A stretch of DNA of 64,000 nt from Leucoraja erinacea (lineage: Eukaryota). The notes under the pieces are model-generated. The model ran no database searches. It was not told the origin of the DNA and worked only from the letters and a program-made list of their open reading frames with translations. Shown here piece after piece: positions 46,827-59,000 of this stretch (position 1 is the first letter of the stretch; every line of letters begins with the position of its first letter). The position numbers were made by a program, and so were the translations under genes. The stretch covers positions 15,252,001-15,316,000 of the forward strand of contig NC_073406.1 in the NCBI RefSeq assembly GCF_028641065.1, read 5' to 3'.

Positions 46827-47020
46827 CTAGTGGGATTTTGATCGGCGACAAGTTATACTCTAGTATTGCTCTCACCCTAGAAAACTGCCTGATTTCCGAT
46901 GAAAAACTTTCTCTAACTGCTTCAATTACGGATGGATTGGATCGGGAGGTGGAAACCGACCTGCGAATCGTGGGATGCGAGTTAATCCAAGCCGCCGGCA
47001 TTTTGCTGAAACTACCTCAG
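46820..47020 (+). CDS. CCNL2: CCNL2 exon 1
   Basis: [14 protein letters not shown]...[23 protein letters not shown]|gtaggc. Confidence 0.95.
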
Positions 47021-50000
47021 GTAGGCCGCAGCAGCAGGGCAGCGCCTCCAAACGCAGGCCGTGCCTGTTCGCAGACATTTCGCCAAAAGTGGTTGTGTTA
47101 GGATATAAATATGTCCAGGTCAGCACTAGTGAGGGGTAGGTTTGTTCCATTTAGCGCCTGTATCAAGGAGGGTTCGGAATCGGTGCCACATGCGAAGAAA
47201 CGGGAATTACGAAATCGGTCGGGGTTGCGCTGGCAGATTGAAGGGTCACACGTTGTTGTACATTGGCGACATTTTCTATTGTCCACAAACGGCCCTCACT
47301 TGCAATGTGGGAATGATGGGTTAGTGGCGGAAGGGCGGTGAACAGGAAATCGGGTCAAGGCCGCTACTTGACGTAGATCTTCACTGCCTGGACAAAATAC
47401 AACATCCATATCAATATTTATATCTATTGAGATTGTGAATTGGTTTCTAGAGTTAATTTGATTGTTTAGAATTTTTTTATGTGTTTATATGGATGGGAAC
47501 TTATTTTCACTCGTTTCCACCAAAAATAACTTGGATCGTAGTTGAGATTTTGACGATTCTCCTCTCGCTGAATCAATATTTCATATAATATGCATAATGG
47601 TAACGTCAACTCCATGTTCCATTTTATTTGTCGTCACCATTCGTCCTTTATCTAATATCTACTGTATTTACCTCTGCCTTTTTAAGAACAAAGAAGCTAA
47701 GTCTACTCCAAATTAAAATCAAGAACAAAGCTGGATAGTGTAAATCTGAAATAAAACAGCCAGCAGGTCATGCATCATCTCATCCAGAACCGTTCAACAG
47801 ATAGCTGTGCCTATCTTATCAATTTGGGGTTTTTTTTAAGTGAAAATGACACTCCTCATATTTGAAAACATTGCCAATTTTTATCTGCAAATTTAAAAAT
47901 CATGCTTTTTCATCAACATTCCAATCGTTAACATGTACACATGGATCCCAGTACAATTTTTTCCCATGGCATACTCCTGGTCATAGGATTCCAATTTCAA
48001 AACGTCCCACAAACATCACCTATCACTGTGTCTTTGTCATACATTAATTCTACAGAGATGTCTTGTTACGTGTAGAGAATATTAAGAGACTTTCTTATTG
48101 TGTGGGTCTAATGGAGGCTATTGCCGATAGTGATGGCAATTTTGATTTCCTGGAGGACATTATGAACTTACTGAGAGTTCCAAGATAACCCATTGGCTTT
48201 CAATTATTGGATTGCATGACATTCAATATTGCAATGCCTTGTGGGTGGGTTTACATTTGATCCTATTTCAAGTTTAGTTTTGTAACTAGTTTACTAGGAT
48301 TTATACATTTCTTGGAACATACACATTGGAATTGGAGTGAATCTTAAGTGTTCATTTATCGGGGATTTCCATCGACTTTAATAAATTATTCTAAATTAAA
48401 CAAGCTGTAAATGTAATGTATCATTACAAGTTTTATTAAAGTAGAAGGCACACTGGATTTGTTAGATAATTACAATTTCTTTGATTTAGGTGGCAATGGC
48501 AACTGGGCAAGTTTTATTTCAGCGGTTCTTCTATTCAAAATCCTTTGTGAAACATCCCATGGAGGTAAGAATTATACAATTTTCTATGTTATTGGGTTAC
48601 AGAAAGATATTCAATCATAAATGCAAAGATACTTCCATGTAATGTGGCCATGTAAATTTTAAATGTTGCCTGGAGAAATATGAAATGAAATGAAATGATT
48701 CAATTTATTGTCTTATCTGACAGCCAATGTACTTTCTAACGAACAACAGCTAACTATGAGATAAACCTTTCTTGTGACAGAAGTGAAATAGACTATTTAA
48801 GATTGACAGGAATTTGAGTGTAATCTGTCATCTGACCGTGTCCACTTTCCTTTTTGGAATTGTGTTAATTATTGGAATAATTACAAAGTAATTATAAGAG
48901 TATTTGTCGTGTAGGGGAAGTTTGCGTGATTTCTGAAATCCTGTAGTCCACTTAAGGTCGCTTACTTTTCCATGAGTTTAATCATGTTTGAAGTATGGTT
49001 CAGGTTTAAATCTGCGTTATAATGTAAATTCCAATGGAGTCCCATCAGATATATCAAAACAACTTGCTGTTATAACTGCAATCTCTTCAGACCTTCTATG
49101 ATTAAAGCGGGTATTTTTGATTTGAGAATGTAAAAAACTCATGTAGCCCTCCCCAAAAACGTCTCTGGAATTTCACACTGTATTTGCAGTGCAAATCTAG
49201 AAGCATCAGGAAATCCTGTGTTGGCAAATCCTGAAGTATCATTGGCTAGCAAAGGTGAAAGTTAAACATCCTACCGCTCTTTGAGGAGCATGTATGACCT
49301 TTGATTTTAATATAGGACATTAACAACACAAAAACAGATTCTGTTAACCGTTTTATCATTGTTAAAATGTGATAATTGATTGCCTTTGTAACAGATGTGG
49401 CTATTTATAAGTATATATAAATAACCTATTAGTGTAGCCCCTGGTTTCTGTTTGAAATCCATCTAATCGATGTTTGCAGCAGTTTAGCCATTGATCAAAG
49501 GCTTTCTTTAAAGTGTTTCTGTTAAAAAACAAAGGCATTTTTTTTTTTTTTTTTTTTGATGAATTGGGGGTGGGAAAGGCAAACGCCCAGATACATGGCC
49601 TGGGAAATAATTAGAAATTAGTCATGTGTAATTAAATATATAACTTGAAAGTTAATGCTTTTTCTTCCACCATAGATATTATCGATGGCTTGTGTTCATT
49701 TGGCCTCCAAAATCGAGGAAGATCCCAGGCGCATTCGAGACGTTATCAATGTGTTTCATCATTTAAGAAAACTCAGGGAGAAGAAGTAAGTTATGCACAT
49801 TTATAGATTTGCAAGAATAAAAACAATTTAATACAAAAGGTGAGTTGCAGAAGAAGCTGCTAACTTCAGCAACCTTGTAGTTGAAAACGTTTGGGCACTA
49901 ATTAAAATTGGAGAAAATGGACCACTGCCTCATGAAATATGCTGCTCTGCTAAGGTAAAACTCTTCAGTGATAAATTTGTTATTGAAATTGCATGAACAT

Positions 50001-53000
50001 CCTAATCTGTTTTAACATTTTTGAAATGGGTGATTAATACTTTGGTTATTTAAGCCATTTTTTTCTAGCAGATAAATAACTAGTTATTTTCTTACAATGC
50101 CCAGGATAAGAGATGGAGGAATTGTCCTAAGCGACAACAATAAACAGACTGGGCTTTTCACATCAAACGGATACAGGAATGAGGGTTTATTTAACTAAAA
50201 CATAAACGTTCCTTCAGGACTAGACTGGTTAGATGTGGAATTAACGTTTCTTTTGGCTGGTGTATCTCTTGAGGTTCTACTATGTAAATAAGAGGATATT
50301 GATGTCAGGAAACCTCTTGGCTGGAAATTAATGAATTACTAGAATTTCCTATCCAAAAGAGAATCAGTGATTGAGTATGTTCAAGATGGATTGATATATT
50401 TGTAGATATTAAGGGAATCAAGGTGGAGGTTCAATGCAGGAAAGTGGTGCTAAAGTAAGAGATACGTCAAGATCATATGGCAGGATAGAGCTGGAATGAA
50501 GGGCAAATTCCAACTTTGTTGTTCTATCTAATTGCATACACATCATTTATGGATAGATTTGAGTTATACTTGTTAGAATGCCTGATAACTTTAATAGTAA
50601 ACCAAGTTTCTGGACTGAATTGACATATTTTGACATGATAGGCATGTCATTGAAATTAATATGACTGTCTGAAGTAATTTCTTAAAGTACTTCTTGAAGA
50701 AACTGATGCAAGTATTACAGGGGCTCAAAAATGTATTAAGATTTAAGGTTCACTGGTTGAATGTGTCCCCAAATTAAACGTCTTGCTTATTAATATGGTC
50801 ATGCAAGGATAATTATAGCTAATGTTTACAGTTTGAGTACAGGACCAGTATTTATTTAAGCTGATGTTTTTCTGTTTTGTTAAAGGCCTCCTGTGCCACT
50901 TCTTTTGGATCAGAGTTATGTCAACCTAAAGAACCAAGTCATCAAGGCAGAAAGACGAGTGCTAAAGGAGCTGGGATTCTGTGTTCATGTCAAGCATCCA
51001 CATAAGGTCTGTTGAGTTAATCTGCTATTTGAGATGATTGAAATGGTTAACAAATTCAGTTTACTCCAGCATTAATTTGGATATAAAAGTTGATCTGTTA
51101 CCTGTTCTTCCTTTAATCAACATCAAGCCATCAAAGAGATGGACATAATTTATTTTCAACTTTTTGGCCTCTCTTGAGTGTGTAGATTTTCGTAAATAGT
51201 TGAAGTCCAGAGGATAATCAAGCCCAAATTTTACTGCAATATTTTCCATGCGATTTGCACTTTCTATTAGGATGTCAGAAATTCTCTTGTTTATTTTCTC
51301 TGGCTGTATCCCTTCAAAGGGAAAACAGCAAATTTGTTTAAACACAATATATTACAGTGGTAATAATGAGGCACTGAAGATTGATAGTCTTGGTAGTTCT
51401 AGTTTGCCCTTTGACTCATCGGGTTACATCTTCTGATAAAACGGACTCTTGCGAGTTTCAAATGTTCTTAAACATGTCTGGATGGTGAATGTAATTAAAG
51501 TCTTGATTAAAAAAAAAAAATGCTAATCACAGAAATCTGAAATTAAAACGCAATGCACAACATTCAACAGGTCAGGCAGCAGTGGAAAAGGGAATGAATA
51601 TAAGAAATAGATGTGGAAATCGGCCCTTGTATCTCTCTGCCACTTAATAAAGTTGTAGTTGATCTTCCATCTTGGTGCTTTCCTGCATCAACATATCCTA
51701 TTATTCCATTAGTTTCTATAATTAAGCCACCTTGGAGAGAATTCCAGGAAGATTTATTACCCTTTTGGTAAATAGGTTTATCTCTACCCTGGATGGCTAC
51801 CTCCTTTCATTGAGATTGTGGCTCTTGAATATAATATAGATTTTGAATTAAATGGCCCTTGGTTTTAATTGGAATTCATTACCTCCTTTTGCTGGGTCAG
51901 ATAATGGTAATCACTGCAAAAATTTTAGGGGCTGGGTTGAAATATGTATTCTAAATCAATGGCCAGATTTGAGCAATGATATTGAAATGGACTAAAAATC
52001 ACAAGATTTGGACATGCTTTTATAAATGTTGCAGTGAAAAATTTAAGACTTGTTTAATTTTGGGCTAGCCATTTTGTTGCATCTTTTCGTGTAATGCCCC
52101 TGTCCCACTTAGGAAACCTGAACGGAAACCTCTGGTGATCTTGCACCCCACCCAAGGTTTGCTTGGGGTTCCCGGAGGTTTTGGTCACTCTCCCTAATGG
52201 TTGAAAGTGATTTCCGCATAGTCGAGGCTTCTATGTTCCTGCAATTATTTCAACAATATCAAAACCGGCCTCGACTAAAAATAGGTTGCCGTTTGGTCGA
52301 AGCCAGTGGAGTGGGGTCATTATTTACTTACAGGCAGTCGAAGGCAATCTCCTTCGCTGACCGGCCATTTTGATTGGCTCATTGGAGTTTTCAGCAACGA
52401 TCCTATAGGATCTTTGGTTTTCAGGACCTAGAAGATCCGCCGGAAGGTAAAATGCCAGCTAACTTTATTAAACTTCTTAAAATTGTCTCCACTCCTTCTC
52501 CCACCTCTTCTTTCCCCTTCTCTCCCACGCTCTCTAAAGGACTTACCGTGCTCTGTCGCAGCCGTTTAACTTCCTCTTCATCGCGCAGACAGCGCTCCTC
52601 CGCTGTCCCTGGCCCCCACCTTCGCGATGTGTGTGTGTGTGCGCAGTCAGTAGCAAAGATCCTGTGGGATCTTTGGTCAGTAGATGCAGCTCGCGCTTTC
52701 CAGGGGAGTGACCAAAACCTCTGGCGACTCATGGAAACCTTGGGTGGGGCGCAAGGACAGCAGAGGTTTCCTAAGTGGGACAGGGGCATAAGGCTTGTTG
52801 TTCCATTCCAGAAACACACTCTACGAAGCCAAATACATCCGCATTAGAAGCGGAAATGCCAATGTATTGGTTACCAGAAGCGCCAAATAATATGCATATG
52901 GAAATCTATATGTTTATGTTGGTTTTTTTTGAGTTTTGTTGGATGTCAAAACAATTAAATGCAACATCTGAAATGAAAAGCAATTACTAACATTGGAATG

Positions 53001-56000
53001 TCAATGGATGTGCCATCTGGATCAGAATATAATCTTGCTGTTCTCCATTCCCATCCATTACTTGTACATATCTACTTGCTAGATAAGTGGGGCTCCACTG
53101 CAGAAATGCTGTGGCATGCTTATTACTGAATATTTATGAAAAAGTACAGATTTTGATGTGAGCATTTAAATGCAAACTGAACCACAAGTGGTTTATCGTG
53201 ATAGGCACAGATGTGGTGAGGTACAAGCACCATGAAGATTTTGCTTACAAGAGTATCAAAGATATAGACAGCAAACACAAATTGAACAAATTCTACAAAG
53301 ATAGTGAAAAGAACAAACACTAGCACAAAACATAATTGGAAGGCAAGTCCACGGAAGAGCAAGAGGCGATCCACAGTGTTCAATTGCTGAGGTGGATTAG
53401 GATTGTGCAAGTAGGTTCAAGAACCTGATGGTTGTAGGAAAGTACCTGTTCCTGAACCTGGTGGTGGAGCACTTTAGGTTTCAGTATCTCTTGCCCTGAC
53501 TGAGCAGTGAGAATGGCTGGATGGTGATGAGAGAGAATGCCTTCATGAGCCATTGTCTCCATGTAGATGTTTTTAATGGCGGACCAGATGGAGATTAGGA
53601 CTCTGCAGCATATTGTTTTCTGTGTGATGAACTTGTTGTACCTGGCAATGATGCAACCAGTCAGAATTATTTTTAGGGTACACCTGTTTCATCAATGCAT
53701 GGAGGGAGAAAACATATCTACTGTTATCTGTCCATGAGGTATTATTTATCCAGGCTAGCAAACTTGCATTCCAAAATATTTTACTAAATAGAACACAGCA
53801 GATGACGAAGATGACTGGATGACTGAATATAAGAGGCTGAAAATCTCAAAGTTCACTGTCTACTCATTTTATTAACCTTTCTGCAATGTGAAAATTGCTT
53901 TACTTCCCAGCAGTTCTGAGGGAAATTACTGAAGTACAAGCAAATACATGTGAGGAAGAAGGACTTGACTCAACTTGCATTTAACTCTACTGACATCAAC
54001 ACAAAAATCCCATGGTTGTTTAGCAATTGATTAAATGAACTTTATTTCCCCAGGACAACTTTTGGTCACTATTTTTCCTCTTGCAATTCAAATGAGGAAA
54101 GCCGAGGTAAATATTCAAGACTATGGCTGGAACTCGTTAAGATTGAGAATTCAGTGTTTTGCTGCCAGAGTTATGGTCCATTGTAGTGGACCAGAGCTAC
54201 TGTGTGCTAACAAAAAGTGTAGTTTATTTTTGATGTATTTACCTGAAAAATCTGTACGGCTCATGCGAGAGATATATTTGGTTGTTTAAAACCACAGTGT
54301 TAATGACTGACTGAGGTTCAGTTGTAACTCTGTAACCTGTATCTTCCAGATTATCGTAATGTACCTTCAGGTGTTAGAATGTGAACGTAACCGGCCTCTG
54401 GTCCAGACTGCATGGTAAGTTTATCTTCTGTTTTTATAAGATAACCAGCGAAGACAGTGGCAGAAATATGTATCCATGTTTCTCTCTTCTCCCTCCCAGC
54501 ACTTCACCGTGCACCATTTCCTAGTTCAGAGGTTTCCAAACCCCACTTCAGACATTTGATTTTGCTGCCTAACACCTTCCTGCCCACATTCTCCATTATG
54601 GTAAAACATTATCATTTGTTTTTTATTTGTGCAGTCCCCAAGTTTGGAAAACCTATGATGCTTATGGGAGGTTGCAACCTTTAACAGGATGCAAGAGAGT
54701 ACTTGGGGTGGCTGCTCCAAATTTATGAATGTATAAAATGAAAATCTTTTGGGTGGAGAGGCACTTTTATCTTTCTGATAGCCTCATGACATGAGGCCAA
54801 GGTCAGAAGGTTACCATGTGGGAAACACGGCAAACAAATTAAGCCTTATTTCTGCCCAGGAATATTATGCTATTACACCCTGTAATGACATCTATTCATT
54901 GGCATTAATTCCAAAAATCAGACGAATACTGTGCTTTGTTCACTTTTATAGGTGGGAATGATGTGATTTATTGAATTGTTGTCAAATATAGTGTCTAATT
55001 TATGTAAAAATCAAAATTGGATAATGTTTCATATTTCTGCTTACTCGTCTTTTTTGGCTGGTGTAGCATTTGCTTAATCGAGAACCCATTTTAACTTCTC
55101 TTTTTTTCTACTCTTTCGATCAAAGGGTAGACCCTGATGGTAAGTGACTAAGACTTCTGAACTGCCCTCCAAGCACTTTGATGCCAGGATGGCCCTAACT
55201 GGCTGCCACTTTGAACCAATCCATTGCAGGTTCTTCTCCAAGAAGGCTGACTGTCTAGTGAGAGGTGGTATATAGTAACTGGCCAACTGCTTCTTGTGTT
55301 AAACAAATATTTCTTTAATTAATGGAATTTTAAAATACGTATTGTTTTATAAATAGTAAACTATTAAATTTTAAAATAATAATTTATCTAATTTTAATGT
55401 GTACATGTCATTTGATTAGAAGAAAGTGTAACTTATTAATTGCTGTAACAGAAGAAAACCTAATCAAAGACTGTTGATGAGACTGTTGAAACCCTTCTGA
55501 CTGTTGTGCAGCAACTGTGATATCTTGCAGCTTCTCGATTTCTGATTTGGCTGAATCTTGATTACTGGAACTGTCAAGAAGAATGATTCTCTGCCATTAT
55601 TCCTGAAGAAGCCTGGGGAGAATTGAACGTGCTGTCACGAGTATTTGGATCAAATGTGACAATTACTAACGAGCACATCCGTGATAATCTGATTATGTGG
55701 CCCATAAAATGGGATAAGGACTACTACCAAGTGTACAAAAAAAATGGTCATGTCAATCTTTATTCTGTACAGATGTGAGAAGATGACTCGAATATTGTGA
55801 CAAGAACAATGCCAGTGCATGGAAAGTTATTTATTTTGTAGATTACATGCATTGTGATCAAGGATACCAGCTATTTCAAGATTTTCATTAAATGTGGTTA
55901 TTTTAAGTATGTCTTAATTTTACATTGCATGTCTTGAGTTGTATTGGTTTATCACATGAGAGCAGGCCAGTGTCAGCTCCGAGGTTAAAATGGGTTCTCT

Positions 56001-59000
56001 GCAGTTTACTTTTATTTTGTGTTCATTACCATACAGGGCTCAAAATGCTTTATGTAATATCTGTTGATAATTGTTAGATTACTTATTCAATCTGATTACA
56101 GAAAAATAAACTTCTGATCATACTTTTTAACTAAGAGTTTACAGCAAAAAGTAATTGTGGAAATTTAGTAAAAAATGTAATCATTTACAAATAATGCATT
56201 GTAAGCAGCAACCTGGTCTCCAGTGACTAATGGTATTGGAAACCTGGCATTTAATTTACAATGTTATAGGCAATTCAGGAAATCAGTTTGAACACCTGTG
56301 GAAATTATTTGGATTCCAGAGAATTTTGGAACAAATTTTTCAGTATGATATATGTGTGATATTTTTCAGTATGATTTAAAATAGCTCAGCAAATGTTCAA
56401 TTCACTGTATAATATTGATAAATCTATTTCATATCTGCTTAATCTAAAGATTAACTAGTGCGTTGGAACTGTAAAAGGTTGGATCCGTATGTCCCAGAGT
56501 AATTTAATTTGTATTTTAAGAATCTGCCAAGTACACAGATATTATTTGCTTATACCATAAAACTCCTAGAGGATACAGATATTGTACGGGTATTTTGTCC
56601 GAATGAGCAAATATTATGTCGATCTGCATCTTTGAAAAGCATTGGTCATCCCCAGATTTTTTAGTTAATCAACGTTGTTGGTTGAGTTAAAACAGTAGCA
56701 GAAAATTGAGCATTTTGAACCCTGTTTGGCTCTTTAATTTTCGATTTAAACCAGTTATTCTGAGAAACTAGTAGTATATTGGGTGGGCTGCCGCAACGTT
56801 TTTATTATCTATTTCAGGAATTATATGAATGACAGTCTGCGGACAGATGTGTTTGTCCGGTACCATCCAGAGACCATTGCCTGTGCCTGTATCTACTTGT
56901 CTGCTAGGGCACTTGAGGTTGGTGAACATTTGCTTTTTCTTGCAAACGTAGACCATTCTCGCATATGTTTTTGCAGATGCAGCATCTGCTGATAGTTCAG
57001 TATTGCAGACATTATTTGTGAGTCAGGCTGATGGAAAAATCACCATCCAGTTGCTGGTTAGAAACCGTGACTCCATAAAAAAGACCCTTTCACTTCACTG
57101 CAGCCTTGAAACAATAGTATAATCTGGAAAAGACAAGGACTCATAAATGCTGCAGGGTCCTTCCCGTTTCTATGGCTCACTGATTCTCTGGCTGGTGCTA
57201 CATGCCTTCAGAGGAATTGATACTGGTTTAAAGGCATTTTTTAAATATGTGATCACATTGCTTAGTTATGAGTCATTGTGGATTTAATCGTGGAAAACCT
57301 AGAATTGATTTTGCCAATGTTAATGCAAAGGAAAAACAAATGAAGCAGCATTTCATACACAAAATCTGACTGCTCTTTCCGGAAGTATGAAGATGTGCTG
57401 TTTAGTTATAATGATTATTTTCAGTTGCACTAAGAATAGTAAATTCTGCTAAGTTAATGTAATGGCTATGTAATTTAGCTCAACTCTTTTTCAGATCCCA
57501 CTTCCAAATCGTCCCCATTGGTTTTTATTATTTGGGACCAGTGAAGAAGAAATGAGGGAGATCTGTGTTAAAATCTTAAAGCTCTACACCAGGAAAAAGG
57601 TATGGACCTTTTGGGTGTAAATTGGTTGGATAGCTTAAACTAGTTTGTCTATCATTGAAATTAAATCCAATGAAACTTGTTGCTAAATTTGGATGTTGAT
57701 TATACTTGTAGGCAAACTTGGACTTCCTTGACAGTGAAGTTGAAAAGCGGAAAGTGGCTCTTCAAGAAGCAAAAGCAAAAGCTAAGGGCCTTTTGCCAGA
57801 TGGTACCCCTGCTTTAGAGGCCCCACCTGGCTTCTCTCCATCTTCAAAGCCAGGTCTGAACTTTCATGGAACACTAAAACTAACTTAAATTATTTTTTAT
57901 TTAAACTCCACCTAATCATGTTTTTAGTATTTGAAAATTACTTCAAACTTTTTATAATTTCTTTGAACTGCTCATTTATCTGTGGCCTTACGACATCCAC
58001 TATTTTGGGGAAATTATTTGTTTTGTCTTCTTTGGGGCCAAGCAGAAAATTTGTTTCGTTTATCTGCTTTTTTTCCCCAATATGATTTCTGTGTCACTTT
58101 TTGTGGGGTTCCCAAGATGTATTTATTAAAGTTACTGGTTATACAAAGATAGAAAGTAGTGAGGAGGACATGGATGTTACAAAAAATAAAGTCAGTTGAG
58201 TAAGCAAAGATTTGGCGAATAGAGTATAATGTTGGATAAATAAAGTATCTTACCTAAATGGTAAGAGATTGTAGGGGATCTGGGTTGTATATGCATTGTT
58301 CATAAACGGCTCTTTTGTAGTATAGCAAATAATTTGGGAATCCCAACAAAATTGTGTTTGTTGCCAGGGAATGGGAAGCAAAAGTAGGAAGACTATGCTT
58401 GTTATGTAGGGCTTTGGCGAAGCCACATCTGGAGAAACATGTATGATATTGGTCATCTTATTTGAGGAAGGATGCAAGTGTGTTGGAAGCGGGTTGGAGA
58501 ACGTTTAGTAGACTGTTACGTGGAATAAGTGGGTTATTTTAGAACGCGAGGTTGGACAGGCTGGTTTACAGTGCCCTCCATAATGTTTGGGACAAAGACC
58601 CATCATATATTTATTTCCCTCTGAACTCCACAATTTGAGATTAGTAATAGAAAAAAATCACATGTGGTTAAAGTGCACAGTGTCAGATTTTATTAAACGG
58701 TATTTTTATACATTTTGGTTTCACCGTGTAGAAATTACAGCTGTGTTTATACATAGTCTCCCCTTCACCCCCCCCCCCCCCATTTCAGGGCAGCATAATG
58801 TTTGGGACACCGCAATGTCATGTAAATGAAAGTAGTCATGTTCAGTATTTTGTTGCATATCCTTTGCATGCAATGACTGTTTGAGGTCAGCGATTCATGG
58901 ACTCACCAGTTGCTGGGTGTCTTCTCTGGTGAGAAATAAATAAAATGTAGAGGCAAATAAATAAATGATGAGTCTTTGTCCCAAACATTATGGAGGGCAC

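Noticed and set aside
46594-47001. 135-aa antisense ORF over CCNL2 exon 1
   Set aside because: Shadow of a GC-rich coding exon and promoter with no recognisable motifs.
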